Positions 17,910 through 29,403 of a DNA stretch of 64,000 bases are shown here, in pieces. Source of the DNA: Thermoplasmatota archaeon (GTDB lineage: Archaea > Thermoplasmatota > E2 > JACPAO01 > JAHFTW01); NCBI GenBank assembly GCA_041659985.1, contig JBAZXE010000001.1:703-64702 (forward strand), in the 5' to 3' direction. The notes below the pieces were generated by a model. It worked only from the letters and a program-made list of their open reading frames with translations. It ran no database searches and was not told the origin of the DNA. Each line of letters starts with the position of its first letter. Position 1 is the first letter of the stretch. Both the position numbers and the translations under genes were made by a program.

Positions 17910-18021
17910 CGCGTCCACGGACAACGGCTAAATGGGGTCCCCAAGTCGGCGCACCAAGCACCCAGACCCGCGCGTCGGGGTGGTGACCGTGGGACCGGCG
18001 AGGCCGGGACCACCGAAGAAA

Positions 18022-18094
18022 GCCCGAGTAGTGTAGCGGCCTATCATGGGACCCTGTCACGGTTCCGACCTGGGTTCAAATCCCAGCTCGGGCG
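18022..18094 (+). tRNA. tRNA-Asp (anticodon GTC)
   Basis: Acceptor GCCCGAG/CTCGGGC, anticodon arm GGACC-CTGTCAC-GGTTC, T-arm CTGGG-TTCAAAT-CCCAG, discriminator G. Confidence 0.85.
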
Positions 18095-18114
18095 CTTTCC
18101 AGCACGGCGGCGGT

Positions 18115-18624
18115 TCAGGGGAACACGCGGCTCAGCAGCATCAGGAGCATGGCGGTTGCGACCATCGTGACGCCGTGGAGTCCGGCCTTGCCGAGTTTCT
18201 GGCCCATCGCGCCGATTTGCGCGGATTGCTCCTTGGTCGGGTGGCCCTTGAGGCTCTTGCACAACGCGATGAGCTTGCGCTCCGTTGGCATGTTGACCGT
18301 CAGGCCATGGAGGAAGGCCAGGACCGCCATGATGGAACCGAGGGTCAGCCACAGGCCCCGCCCGCTGAACGTCTCGATGGAATCGTCGGCCATGAGCTGG
18401 CCGTAGAGCGCTCCGCCGAACAGAATTGTAAGAATCCCCGAGATGGCAAAGAAGCGACCGATGCCGCCCTTCTGCATGAGGGCGACCACGAAGCCGCCGG
18501 CCGCCGGCCCTGCTGCCATGAGTCCGCGCCCGATGACGAGGACCTGGTAGACGCCGGCGCCGAACCACAGGCTGGCGAACAGGACATGGCCGAGAATGAG
18601 CAGGCCGTAAGGCTCGAATCCCAT
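18115..18624 (-). CDS. Hypothetical integral membrane protein (4 TM)
   Basis: ORF 18115..18726 trimmed to MGFEPYGLLILGHVLFASLWF. Four hydrophobic helices. The start choice gives a divergent promoter with rpl10e. Confidence 0.5.
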   Translation of the reverse strand: MGFEPYGLLILGHVLFASLWFGAGVYQVLVIGRGLMAAGPAAGGFVVALMQKGGIGRFFAISGILTILFGGALYGQLMADDSIETFSGRGLWLTLGSIMAVLAFLHGLTVNMPTERKLIALCKSLKGHPTKEQSAQIGAMGQKLGKAGLHGVTMVATAMLLMLLSRVFP

Positions 18625-18737
18625 GGCACGGCGGACGCGCCCCTCGAAAGAAGGCCTTGCCGCTCCTATCGGGGTCGGGGCCGGGCAATGCCTAAATACG
18701 GCCCCCTTGTCGGCCGCCAAGCCCAAGAGGGATTGCC

Positions 18738-19277
18738 ATGGCGAAGAACCCAGCCCGCATGTACCGCAAGATCATGCAGCACGCCTACACCCGCCGTGAA
18801 TACATGGGCGGCGTGCCGGGCAACCGCATCATCCAGTTCGAGTCGGGCGTCGCCACCGGCGACTTCCCGATCCGCCTCACCCTCATCGCCGAGGAACGCG
18901 GCCAGATCCGCCACACGGCCCTCGAGGCCATGCGTCAGACGGCCGTCCGTGCCCTCGACGCCGGCGTCGGCCGCGAGAACTACCACTTGCAGGTCCGCGT
19001 CTACCCGCACCACGTCCTGCGCCAGAACAAGCAGGCGTCGGGCGCCGGCGCCGACCGCGTCTCGATGGGCATGCGCCTAGCCTTCGGCAAGGCCATCGGC
19101 ACGGCCGCCCGTGTCGAGGCCGGCCAGCCCATCCTGCAGGTCCGCGTGACCGCCAAGGGCGTCGCCGCGGCCAAGGAGGCCTTCCGCAAGGCCTACAACA
19201 AGGTTGCAACGCCTTGCCACATCGACATCGAGGGCCTGGACCTCACGGCCGCTGCCCCGATTGCCGAAACCGCCTAG
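18738..19277 (+). CDS. rpl10e: 50S ribosomal protein L10e (uL16)
   Basis: MAKNPARMYRKI... typical L10e/L16 N-terminus. 179 aa. Confidence 0.9.
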   Translation: MAKNPARMYRKIMQHAYTRREYMGGVPGNRIIQFESGVATGDFPIRLTLIAEERGQIRHTALEAMRQTAVRALDAGVGRENYHLQVRVYPHHVLRQNKQASGAGADRVSMGMRLAFGKAIGTAARVEAGQPILQVRVTAKGVAAAKEAFRKAYNKVATPCHIDIEGLDLTAAAPIAETA

Positions 19278-19311
19278 AACCCCCCGTCGCCATCGCCCTT
19301 CGGGTGACCGG

Positions 19312-19722
19312 TTGAACGCGCGCAGCTCGGCCTTGGCCGTGGTTGGCATCGCTCTGATGGCCAGCGCAGCCGCTCTCGGCGCCCTGCTGGTGCACGACGG
19401 CGAGGTCGCCGCCGAATCCGACTTGACCAAGGCCTCCCCGGGCGACTCCGTGCGCCTCAAGGGCAGCCCCGAGCCGTTTGCGCCGACCGCCCCACTGCGC
19501 ACATGGCGATCCGTCTTGCCTTTGCTGGACAACTTCACGTACACGCTCAGCGACCCGGCCGCCGGCGTCGAACTGCTGCTCACGTCGTCCGCCGAGGCTC
19601 CCGATGGCGTGGTCTTGGCCACTGGCACGGTCGGCTACGTCGCCCCCCACCCGGACGGCTCCGGCCGCCTGCTGGTCATCGTCGACGTCCACGACTGGGA
19701 CGAGCCGATTCTTTTCGGGTGA
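19312..19722 (+). CDS. Hypothetical membrane-anchored/secreted small protein
   Basis: Non-ATG (TTG) start suggested, because the ORF-track start overlaps rpl10e in another frame. N-terminal TM LAVVGIALMASAAALGALLV then a beta-rich domain. Confidence 0.35.
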   Translation: MNARSSALAVVGIALMASAAALGALLVHDGEVAAESDLTKASPGDSVRLKGSPEPFAPTAPLRTWRSVLPLLDNFTYTLSDPAAGVELLLTSSAEAPDGVVLATGTVGYVAPHPDGSGRLLVIVDVHDWDEPILFG

Positions 19723-19726
19723 CGGC

Positions 19727-20461
19727 GTGGATCCCTGGTTGGCCGTCATCACCCTCGGCCTCACGGGCCTGTCGGTCTTCGCGTACGCCGTGCGGGCACT
19801 GGACCTCCTCGGCGCCGTGGCCTCGTTCTTCCTCGGCCTCGAGGTCGCCCTTCTCGGCGGCATCCCCTGGCTGGTGCTCATGACCCTCTTCCCAGTGCTG
19901 GGCGTCCTGGCGACGCGCATCGGGTACCGCCGCAAGGCCGAGCGCCGGGTCGCCGAGGCGGCCGGCGGCGAGCGCGGAGTGGGAAACGTGTTGGGGAACG
20001 GGCTCGGCCCGGCGCTTGCGGCCCTCGCACTCCTGTTCGAGCCGCTGGTGCCGGAGCGCGCCGCAGCGCTCGCCTTCGCCACGGCGTTGGCCGCCGTCAC
20101 CGCCGACACTCTGGCGTCCGAGATTGGCGTGCTGTCGCGCCGCGCGCGGCGCATCCTGCCGCCGTTCGGGGCCCTGCCGGCCGGCACCAACGGCGCCGTC
20201 AGCCTGGCCGGCCAACTGGCGGCCCTCGTCGGGGCCTGCGCCATCGCCGTGGCGGCGGCCGTGCTGCTCGATCTCCCGTTGACGCTGGCCTGGATTCCGC
20301 TCGTGGGCGGGTTCCTCGGCTGCCAACTCGATTCCATTCTCGGGGCCACCCTCGAGCGCGACGAGGGCCGTCCCGGCCCCTTGTCGAAGCAGGACGTCAA
20401 CTTCATCGCCAGCGCCGTGCCCGCGTTCATCGTGCTCGTCGTGGCGACGCTCACGTTGTAA
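19727..20461 (+). CDS. DUF92/TMEM19-family integral membrane protein
   Basis: Multi-TM protein with a Gly-rich conserved segment. Probable GTG start overlapping the upstream stop. Confidence 0.55.
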   Translation: MDPWLAVITLGLTGLSVFAYAVRALDLLGAVASFFLGLEVALLGGIPWLVLMTLFPVLGVLATRIGYRRKAERRVAEAAGGERGVGNVLGNGLGPALAALALLFEPLVPERAAALAFATALAAVTADTLASEIGVLSRRARRILPPFGALPAGTNGAVSLAGQLAALVGACAIAVAAAVLLDLPLTLAWIPLVGGFLGCQLDSILGATLERDEGRPGPLSKQDVNFIASAVPAFIVLVVATLTL

Positions 20462-20534
20462 TGGCGGCTCTCGTGGGGACCGTGGATTGAGCGGTCCCCC
20501 GAAGCTCAAGTGGCCGTTGTGCTTGCGACGCACG

Positions 20535-22368
<1,834 letters not shown>

Positions 22369-22489
22369 CACGAAACGGCCTTCGCTCTTCAAGCTCAGGC
22401 ACGTTTCGCGCTTGGCGGGTCCTTCGGACCCCCCACGGCCCGCAACGCTTCGCGGCGGGCAAACCGCTGACGGACTCTGTTGGATTCGG

Positions 22490-22819
22490 CTACCCGTACC
22501 CGTGGAAGCCCGCATCCACCGGCAATCCAAGCGACGATGTGTACGCCAGTTGCTCCAGCCGCGCGGCCAGCGATTCAACCTGCTCAAGGACCTTAGCGAC
22601 CTCGGCGTCGGAGAGACGGTAGTGCTGGTGGCGCCCGTCCTTGCGGCAGACCACGAGACCTGCCTCGCGCAGCGTCCCCAGATGGTGGCTGATGTTGCTC
22701 TGTTCATCGTCCAAAGCCGCGATGAGCTGGGTGACCGTGCGGTCGCCCTTGCGCAGCTCGTCCAGGATGGCGTGCCGAGTCCCTTCGGACACGAGTCTCA
22801 GGAGGGCAACGGCATCCAT
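22490..22819 (-). CDS. ArsR-family metalloregulatory transcription factor
   Basis: wHTH ILDELRKGDRTVTQLIAALDDEQSNISHHLGTLREAGLV. Immediately downstream of the ZIP transporter. Confidence 0.8.
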   Translation of the reverse strand: MDAVALLRLVSEGTRHAILDELRKGDRTVTQLIAALDDEQSNISHHLGTLREAGLVVCRKDGRHQHYRLSDAEVAKVLEQVESLAARLEQLAYTSSLGLPVDAGFHGYG

Positions 22820-22856
22820 GAACAGAGATTCATGGGCTTGGCTTGAAGGTGCCGCT

Positions 22857-23636
22857 TCACTCGAGGAGCAGGAGCAGCGCCATGGCCGCGACGCCGCCAG
22901 CCACGCCGAGGAGGATGGCCTTGGCGTGCCGGTCGCCGGCGTGGTGGTGCAGCTCGGGGACCAAGTCCGCGGCGGCGATGTAGAGGAACCCGCCCGCCGT
23001 GAGGGGAATCGCCCAGCGCTCGACCGTCTCCAGCGGGAACGGCAGCAGGAAGAACAAGGCTGCCCCCGCGACGGAAGTGAGGGCGGTCGCGCCGTTCCAC
23101 ATCAAGGCGCGACGACGCGACATGCCGGAGCGCAGCAGGACCGCGAAGTCGCCGAGTTCCTGGGGAATCTCGTGCAGCACGACCGCGACCGTTGTAGCCA
23201 GGCCAAGCCGGAGATCGACCGTGTACGCGGCAGCCAGGACGGCGCCGTCGAGGAAGTTGTGCACGCCGTCGCCGATGAGGTTCATCCAACCGAACGGCGC
23301 CACGCGTCCGTGCGCATCGGTGTGCGAATGGCCATGCTCCTGCTCCAGGGCCTCGCCGTGCGCGTGCTGGGCGCGCAGGAAGACCTCGAGGAGGAAGAAG
23401 ACCATGAAACCGGCCAGGACCAAGATGGCCATCCTGAGCGGGAACCCGCCCCACAGCTCGGCCGCCTCGGGCAAAAGGTGCAGGAAGGCATCGCCCAGGA
23501 GGGCGCCGGCCGCCACCGCCACCAACGCCAGGATGGCGCTGTGCGAGCGCAGCCAACGCCAACCGGCGGCGGCGCCGACGAGGCTGATGAGGCTGACGAC
23601 CGCCACGGCCGCGAAGGCGTAGGCCCAACTTTGCAT
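22857..23636 (-). CDS. ZIP-family divalent metal (zinc) transporter
   Basis: 8 TM helices. HxxxE/D metal-binding motifs (HNFLDGAV, LHEIPQELGD). His-rich loop. Confidence 0.85.
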   Translation of the reverse strand: MQSWAYAFAAVAVVSLISLVGAAAGWRWLRSHSAILALVAVAAGALLGDAFLHLLPEAAELWGGFPLRMAILVLAGFMVFFLLEVFLRAQHAHGEALEQEHGHSHTDAHGRVAPFGWMNLIGDGVHNFLDGAVLAAAYTVDLRLGLATTVAVVLHEIPQELGDFAVLLRSGMSRRRALMWNGATALTSVAGAALFFLLPFPLETVERWAIPLTAGGFLYIAAADLVPELHHHAGDRHAKAILLGVAGGVAAMALLLLLE

Positions 23637-23707
23637 GACCCCGGCGACGGAGTTGACTTCATAACATCTTGCTAGGAATTATGAAGAGCGGGGGGTTCGG
23701 GTTCGCA

Positions 23708-24091
23708 ATGACCACCGTCCTGAGCGCCAGCCTACCCGACGACCTGGTGGCCGAACTGGACGCCGCCATCGCCGGAGGCTCCTACCGGGGGCGCAGCGAA
23801 TTCGTCCGCGCCGCCGTCCGCGACCGCCTCGCCACCGGCCATCCGCCGACGGGCAAGCACGTCCACGGCTCCATCACGGTCCTGTACCCGCACGAGAAGG
23901 AGGCCCGCATCTCCGAAGTCCGGCACGCGTTCCACGATGTCGTCCTCAGCCTCATGCACACCCACTGCGAACCCGAGACGTGCATGGATGTCCTCCTGGT
24001 GGGCGGCTCACCGCAACGGGTGCAGGACCTGGCGGCGACCCTGGAACGGATGCGTGATGTCCGGAGGAGCCGGCTGGTCGTCATGGCGTAG
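23708..24091 (+). CDS. nikR: NikR-like nickel-responsive regulator (RHH + metal-binding domain)
   Basis: N-terminal ribbon-helix-helix VLSASLPDDLVAELDAAIAGGSYRGRSEFVRAAVR. C-terminal His/Cys motif HTHCEPETC. Confidence 0.7.
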   Translation: MTTVLSASLPDDLVAELDAAIAGGSYRGRSEFVRAAVRDRLATGHPPTGKHVHGSITVLYPHEKEARISEVRHAFHDVVLSLMHTHCEPETCMDVLLVGGSPQRVQDLAATLERMRDVRRSRLVVMA

Positions 24092-24121
24092 CCTCAAGTC
24101 GCCCCCGCCGACTCGCCCCTC

Positions 24122-24727
24122 GTGTCTGAGAAGCCGTTCCACGATCCGCACGTGGGTCTGTCGCGCATCTACACCAAGACCGGCGACAAGGGGGAGACGT
24201 CACTGGTCGGAGGCCAGCGCGTCCCCAAGGACGACATGCGCATCGAGGCGTACGGAACCGTCGATGAATTGAACGCCTTCGTTGGCCTGGCACGCACCGC
24301 GGCCCTCGACTCGCAGGGCAAGGCCGACGCCATGGCCGCTGCCCTGCTGCGTGTCCAACACCAACTGTTCAACCTCGGCTCCGTGCTCTCCACGCTGCCC
24401 GGCGACCTCCACCCTAAACAGCCAAGGACGACGGAGGCTGACATCGCCTGGCTGGAGTCCGAGATGGATGCCCGCACGGCCAAACTCCCCGCACTGCGCT
24501 CCTTCGTGCTCCCCGGCGGCTCGCGCCTGAACGGCCTGCTGCACATCGCCCGCACGGTGTGCCGTCGCGCCGAGCGGGTGGCCGTTGGTCTGCATCGCAA
24601 CGGCGGATGCGGAGATGTCGAAGTGCGGTACCTCAACCGGTTGTCGGATGCCCTGTTCGTGTGGTCACGGGCGGCCAGCCACGACCTCGGCGTCCCCGAA
24701 ACTCTCTGGGAACCGAACAAGGCATGA
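24122..24727 (+). CDS. PduO-type ATP:cob(I)alamin adenosyltransferase
   Basis: IYTKTGDKGETSL N-terminus, characteristic of PduO/MMAB. About 200 aa. Confidence 0.85.
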   Translation: MSEKPFHDPHVGLSRIYTKTGDKGETSLVGGQRVPKDDMRIEAYGTVDELNAFVGLARTAALDSQGKADAMAAALLRVQHQLFNLGSVLSTLPGDLHPKQPRTTEADIAWLESEMDARTAKLPALRSFVLPGGSRLNGLLHIARTVCRRAERVAVGLHRNGGCGDVEVRYLNRLSDALFVWSRAASHDLGVPETLWEPNKA

Positions 24728-24919
24728 CGCGCCGCCGCGTCATGAACGAACGCGCCCGTTGGATTTCCCGAGCGCGGTGCAACCCTCCTTTCGCCATCGG
24801 CGTCGTCGGCGTGGGAACACGACGTGGTCGGTGTTGCCGTCGGAAGACGTTGATTCGGCATTGAACAGGAACGGCGCCGAGCGTAAGTTCTTCCCCGCCT
24901 TAGGCACTCGGCTGGCTGC

Positions 24920-25810
24920 ATGGCCACCTCCGCCACCGGCACGACCCCCGAACGGCAAGCCTTCGCCCTCCCCGGCATCGTGGGCCTGCTGATCATCCTC
25001 CTGTGCGGCGGCGGGGCCGTCACCCTCATCCTGCTCGGAGTCGGTCTCGGCTCCGGCGGCCTCGTCATCCCGGGCGTCCTTTTGGGCATCGCCGCATTCC
25101 TCTCCATCGGCGGCCTCTTCGTCATCCAACCCAACCAGGCCGAAGTGCTCGTCTTCTTGGGCCGCTACCGTGGCACGGTGCACAAGGACGGCTGGTACTG
25201 GACCAACCCGTTCACCGCCAAGCGCAAGCTCAGCCTGCGCGTGCAGAACTTCAACACGCCAACCTTGAAGGTCAACGACGCCGACGGAAACCCCATCGAG
25301 ATTGCGGCCGTCGTCGTGTGGCGCGTTGCCGACACCGCGCGGGCCACCTTCGACGTCGAGAACTACGGCCAATTCATCCAGGTGCAGGCGGAGACGGCAG
25401 TCCGGCACATCGCCAACGAGTACCCGTACGACGTCGGCGCCGACCCGAAATCCGCAACGCTGCGCGGCAGTGCCGACCAAGTGTCCAAGACCCTCAACGT
25501 GGAATTGCAAAGCCGCCTCAACGTGGCCGGCATTCAAGTCGTCGAGACGCGGTTGACGCATCTCGCCTACAGTCCGGAGATCGCTGGCGCCATGCTGCAG
25601 CGCCAGCAGGCCGCCGCCATCATCGCGGCGCGCCAACGCATCGCCACCGGCGCGGTGGGCATCGTCGAGACCGTCCTCAAGGATCTCGCAAAGAACGGAG
25701 CCATCAAACTGTCGCCGACCGAGAAAGCCCAGATGGTGACAAGCCTCCTCGTCGTGCTGACGTCAGATCGTGGCGCGCAGCCTGTGCTCGCGACGGCCAC
25801 GAGCCCGTAG
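24920..25810 (+). CDS. SPFH/band-7 (stomatin/prohibitin-like) membrane protein
   Basis: N-terminal TM hairpin then SPFH domain. No NfeD partner nearby. Confidence 0.75.
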   Translation: MATSATGTTPERQAFALPGIVGLLIILLCGGGAVTLILLGVGLGSGGLVIPGVLLGIAAFLSIGGLFVIQPNQAEVLVFLGRYRGTVHKDGWYWTNPFTAKRKLSLRVQNFNTPTLKVNDADGNPIEIAAVVVWRVADTARATFDVENYGQFIQVQAETAVRHIANEYPYDVGADPKSATLRGSADQVSKTLNVELQSRLNVAGIQVVETRLTHLAYSPEIAGAMLQRQQAAAIIAARQRIATGAVGIVETVLKDLAKNGAIKLSPTEKAQMVTSLLVVLTSDRGAQPVLATATSP

Positions 25811-25870
25811 CTAGTCGTGGCGAACCAACAAGAAGAGAGGAAAGAAGGGAAAAGGAACCGACGACGGGCG

Positions 25871-27142
25871 TTAGGCCGCGCGGCGGCGCATGAAGGCGAC
25901 CATGAGGCCGAGCAGGCCAAGGACCGCCAAGGGGCCGACGCCGGGAATACCCGACTTCGTGCTAGCGACCGCGTTTCCGCTGCCTTGGGTTTCCAACAAG
26001 TGGGTTTCCAGTTGCGCGATGCGGGCTTCAAGGGCCGCGACTTGCGAGGAGTCCGCCCCGGACGATGAGGCCCCCTGCACATCAAGGCGAACCTTCGATC
26101 CGCTGACTTCCAGCACGATCGGACCGCCGAACTCTGGGGTCGGGACCGAGATGAGGACCTCGCCCCCTTCGCCTGGCGCGAGGACCGGGGTGATGCGCAC
26201 ATCGACGATGACGCCATCGATCTTGGTCACCAAGACGCCCTGGCCCGTGCCAGTGCCGTCGTTGGAGAACTTCACGGTGATCTTGTAGTCCTCGCCGGCA
26301 ACGGGCTGCTCCGAAGGAAGCAGGATTGCGCTGGGGACGACCAGCGGCTGCTGGTTGCTGACGCCGACGATGCCGATGCGGACCGAGTTGACGGGGATGG
26401 GGCTCTGTGCCGCCAGGCCGGCGGCGGAGGCCGGAACCAAGTACCAGCCGTTGCCTTCGCGTTCAGACAAGCTCCACGTGCGCGCGGCAGGGGTCGTGCC
26501 AGCCACGATGGCAGGGCCGGTGGCCGTGTCGCGGTTGACGATGAAGTCTGCATCGTTGGCAAAGACGAAGCCGGGCTGGAGGGTGCCGGTTGGCGTGATC
26601 CGGATGGTCCAGGAACCGGTGGTCGTGCTAGGCGCTAGCCCGCGCGTCGTGCCGGTCATCGTGGTGATGAAGACCGGGTCGGTCCGGTCGTACTTTCCGC
26701 TTCCGTTGGGGTCGCCGTATCGGACTTCGACCGCGCGCTCCGTGTAGGTGGCCAGCTGCTCCACGATGTCGGCGTCTGTGATGGCCGTTCCAACGGCCTT
26801 GCCCTGGCAGGGGGTCATCCGAATGTCCTTCGTGTACACGACACCCGTCGCAGGCAATGCGACGACAGGGCGGGCCGTTCCGCCATCCGTGTTGTCCATC
26901 ATGAGAAGGACGCAGTTGTCGCGCACGTCGCCAACGACACCAGCGTCGAACTCCATGACGCGCACCGCACCGGACACGCGCTTCGTCAGGGGCAGGTAAT
27001 CGAAGTCGCCGACCTTGACGCGGGTGCCGTAGGTACCGAGTTGGGCATTCTGAATCTGCGCGAAGGCCGTAGGGGCGACGACCAGCGCTACAAGGGCAAG
27101 CGTCGCTGCGAGGCGCAATGTGCGGCCGGGGATTGTCTGCAT
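25871..27142 (-). CDS. Secreted Ig-like-domain surface protein with PGF-CTERM-like anchor
   Basis: Signal peptide MQTIPGRTLRLAATLALVALVVAPTAFA. C-terminus IPGVGPLAVLGLLGLMVAFMRRRAA. Confidence 0.6.
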   Translation of the reverse strand: MQTIPGRTLRLAATLALVALVVAPTAFAQIQNAQLGTYGTRVKVGDFDYLPLTKRVSGAVRVMEFDAGVVGDVRDNCVLLMMDNTDGGTARPVVALPATGVVYTKDIRMTPCQGKAVGTAITDADIVEQLATYTERAVEVRYGDPNGSGKYDRTDPVFITTMTGTTRGLAPSTTTGSWTIRITPTGTLQPGFVFANDADFIVNRDTATGPAIVAGTTPAARTWSLSEREGNGWYLVPASAAGLAAQSPIPVNSVRIGIVGVSNQQPLVVPSAILLPSEQPVAGEDYKITVKFSNDGTGTGQGVLVTKIDGVIVDVRITPVLAPGEGGEVLISVPTPEFGGPIVLEVSGSKVRLDVQGASSSGADSSQVAALEARIAQLETHLLETQGSGNAVASTKSGIPGVGPLAVLGLLGLMVAFMRRRAA

Positions 27143-27229
27143 AGGAGGTATCTCCAGCCGCTAGGCCACGCGACGGTGCTTCAGGGTTCCCTCCAGAAAC
27201 TCTGGACTGGCCACTGGCAGCAATTGACC

Positions 27230-27300
27230 AATTGTGACTATTGAGGCAAATCCTAGGGGGATTCCCTGTGTGACATTGAGAAATCATAGACTATTGAGGA
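27230..27300 (+). promoter_or_regulatory. pstS promoter with three GAC(T)ATTGAG(G/A) repeats (candidate Pho operator)
   Basis: gactattgagg (27236), gacattgaga (27272), gactattgagga (27290). The same TATTGAGA core occurs twice upstream of the pit operon (12412, 12452). Confidence 0.5.
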
Positions 27301-27354
27301 TACTCTCAAGGTGGACGCCGGGGCCTTGGCGCTCACCCGACAGGGGTATCCATC

Positions 27355-28371
27355 ATGACCACCCGCCTCCTTTCCAGCCTCGCCTTGGCCGCCGTCTGCG
27401 CCATGGTCCTCGCCGGCTGCACCAGCGCAGACCCGGACGCCGACTCCGGCACCGAGACCACGACGGGCACCAGCTCCACGACCAGCAGCTCCGGCAGCCA
27501 ACCCAGCTGCACGTCCAGCGGCTCCCGCGTCACCATCAACCAAGCCGGCAGCTCCACGGTCCTGCCCATCGCTGAAGCCTGGGCCGAAGAGTTCGGCTCC
27601 TGCCTGAACGCCAACATCGTCGTCGGTGGCGGCGGCTCCAGCTCCGGCATCCAGAAGTTCTGCCGCGGCGAGCTCGACATCGGCGACGCCAGCCGCCCAA
27701 TCAAGCAGTCGGAGATCGACACCTGCCGGGCCATTGGCATCGACCCGGTCGAGTTCACGGTCGCCATCGATGGCCTTTCCGTCGTCGTCTCCGACTCGAA
27801 CTCGTTCGTGGACTGCCTTACGGTGGCCCAGCTCAACAAGATCTGGACCGCCGACAAGTCGAAGCAGGTCAGCAACTGGAAGGACCTGAACCCGGCCTGG
27901 CCCGACCAGACGATCCGCCTCTTTGGCCCCGGCACCGACTCCGGCACGCTGGACTACTTCCGCGAGGTCATCATTCGCGCCTTCGACGGCAGCACCGCCG
28001 AGCTGCGCAGCGACTTCACCCCGAGCGAAGACGACAACGTCCTCGTCCAGGGCGTCGCCTCGAGCCAGTACGCCCTCGGCTACTTCGGCCTCGCCTACTT
28101 CGAAGAGAACCAGGACAAACTCAACGTCGTTAAGGTCGATGCCGGCAAAGGCGCCGGCTGCGTCGAGCCCACGCCGGCCGACGTCGAATCGGGCAAGTAC
28201 GCCCCGCTCAGCCGACCCATCTTCATGTACGTGGATGGCATCCCCACGGGCACCCTGAAGGCCTACTTTGAGCAGGGTTACTCCACCGACGGCCAGGACA
28301 TCGTCGAGGAAGTCGGCTACATCCGCCTCCCGCCGGCCAAGCTCGACGAGATGCGCGCTAAGCTAGGGTAG
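27355..28371 (+). CDS. pstS: Phosphate ABC transporter substrate-binding lipoprotein PstS
   Basis: Lipobox LAGC. Thr/Ser-rich linker. PBP fold. Confidence 0.85.
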   Translation: MTTRLLSSLALAAVCAMVLAGCTSADPDADSGTETTTGTSSTTSSSGSQPSCTSSGSRVTINQAGSSTVLPIAEAWAEEFGSCLNANIVVGGGGSSSGIQKFCRGELDIGDASRPIKQSEIDTCRAIGIDPVEFTVAIDGLSVVVSDSNSFVDCLTVAQLNKIWTADKSKQVSNWKDLNPAWPDQTIRLFGPGTDSGTLDYFREVIIRAFDGSTAELRSDFTPSEDDNVLVQGVASSQYALGYFGLAYFEENQDKLNVVKVDAGKGAGCVEPTPADVESGKYAPLSRPIFMYVDGIPTGTLKAYFEQGYSTDGQDIVEEVGYIRLPPAKLDEMRAKLG

Positions 28372-28434
28372 TCCGCCTAGCGCTTCCTTCTTCCCTTCTT
28401 CCTTCCTCCCCCGTTCTAGTCCCTGCGTGCCGCC

Positions 28435-29403
28435 ATGCCTCCTGAGATGCCGTCCGCACACGCCAACCAGCGTGCAGCGGCTGCGGCCCCCGACGGGTTC
28501 GCGCTGCGCTCGCACCGGTTTCTCCTCAACTTGTGGCTGGAACGCGGCATCGTCGGCGTCCTCTTCCTCGCCGCGAGCATCGCCGCGCTGGCCACGGCGG
28601 CCATCTTTTGGACCATGGCCGACAATGGCCGGGAATTCTTCAGCGCGGTCTCCCTCCGGGAATTCCTCCTGAGCAAGACCTGGGCGCCGGACTTTCAGCC
28701 GCGCCAATATGGCATTCGTCCGCTCCTGACCGGCACCATCAAGATCGCCTTCGGCGCGGCGGTCATCGGCGTTCCCTTCGGCGTCGGTTCGGCCCTCTAC
28801 ATCTCCGAGTTCGCCTCACCGCGAGCCCGCGCCATCCTGAAGCCAGCCATCGAACTCCTGGCGGGAATCCCCTCCATCGTGTTCGGTATCGTGGCGCTCT
28901 TCGTCATTGGCCCCTTCATCCAGGACTTGTTCAACCTGCCCACCGTCTTCTCGGCCCTTGCTGCGACGCTGGCGCTGGCCGTGATGGTCGTCCCGATCAT
29001 CTGCTCCATCGCAGAGGACGCGCTGCGAGCCGTCCCCCGCGAGCTGCGCGAAGGGGCCATGGCCCTCGGCTCGACGAAATGGGAATCGACGTGGCAGGTC
29101 GTGCTGCCCGCCGCCCGTTCCGGCATCAGCGCCGCCACCATCCTCGGGTTTAGCCGCGCCGTGGGCGAGACCATGGTCGTGACGATGGCCGCCGGACTGG
29201 TGCCGACGAACTCGTGGAGTTACCTCGTCCCGTCGCAGACCATTACGGCGTTCATCGCAAACCGCGCCGCCGGCGACCTCCCGGCGGGATCCGTTGCTTA
29301 CCTCTCCATCTTCGCCGTCGGCTTGGCTCTCTTCGTCATCACGTTCGCCATCAACCTGGTGGCGGAATTCATCCTGGCCCGGTACCGCAAGAGGTTCGCA
29401 TGA
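28435..29403 (+). CDS. pstC: Phosphate ABC transporter permease PstC
   Basis: 6-TM ABC permease with EAA-like loop. Follows pstS. Confidence 0.85.
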   Translation: MPPEMPSAHANQRAAAAAPDGFALRSHRFLLNLWLERGIVGVLFLAASIAALATAAIFWTMADNGREFFSAVSLREFLLSKTWAPDFQPRQYGIRPLLTGTIKIAFGAAVIGVPFGVGSALYISEFASPRARAILKPAIELLAGIPSIVFGIVALFVIGPFIQDLFNLPTVFSALAATLALAVMVVPIICSIAEDALRAVPRELREGAMALGSTKWESTWQVVLPAARSGISAATILGFSRAVGETMVVTMAAGLVPTNSWSYLVPSQTITAFIANRAAGDLPAGSVAYLSIFAVGLALFVITFAINLVAEFILARYRKRFA

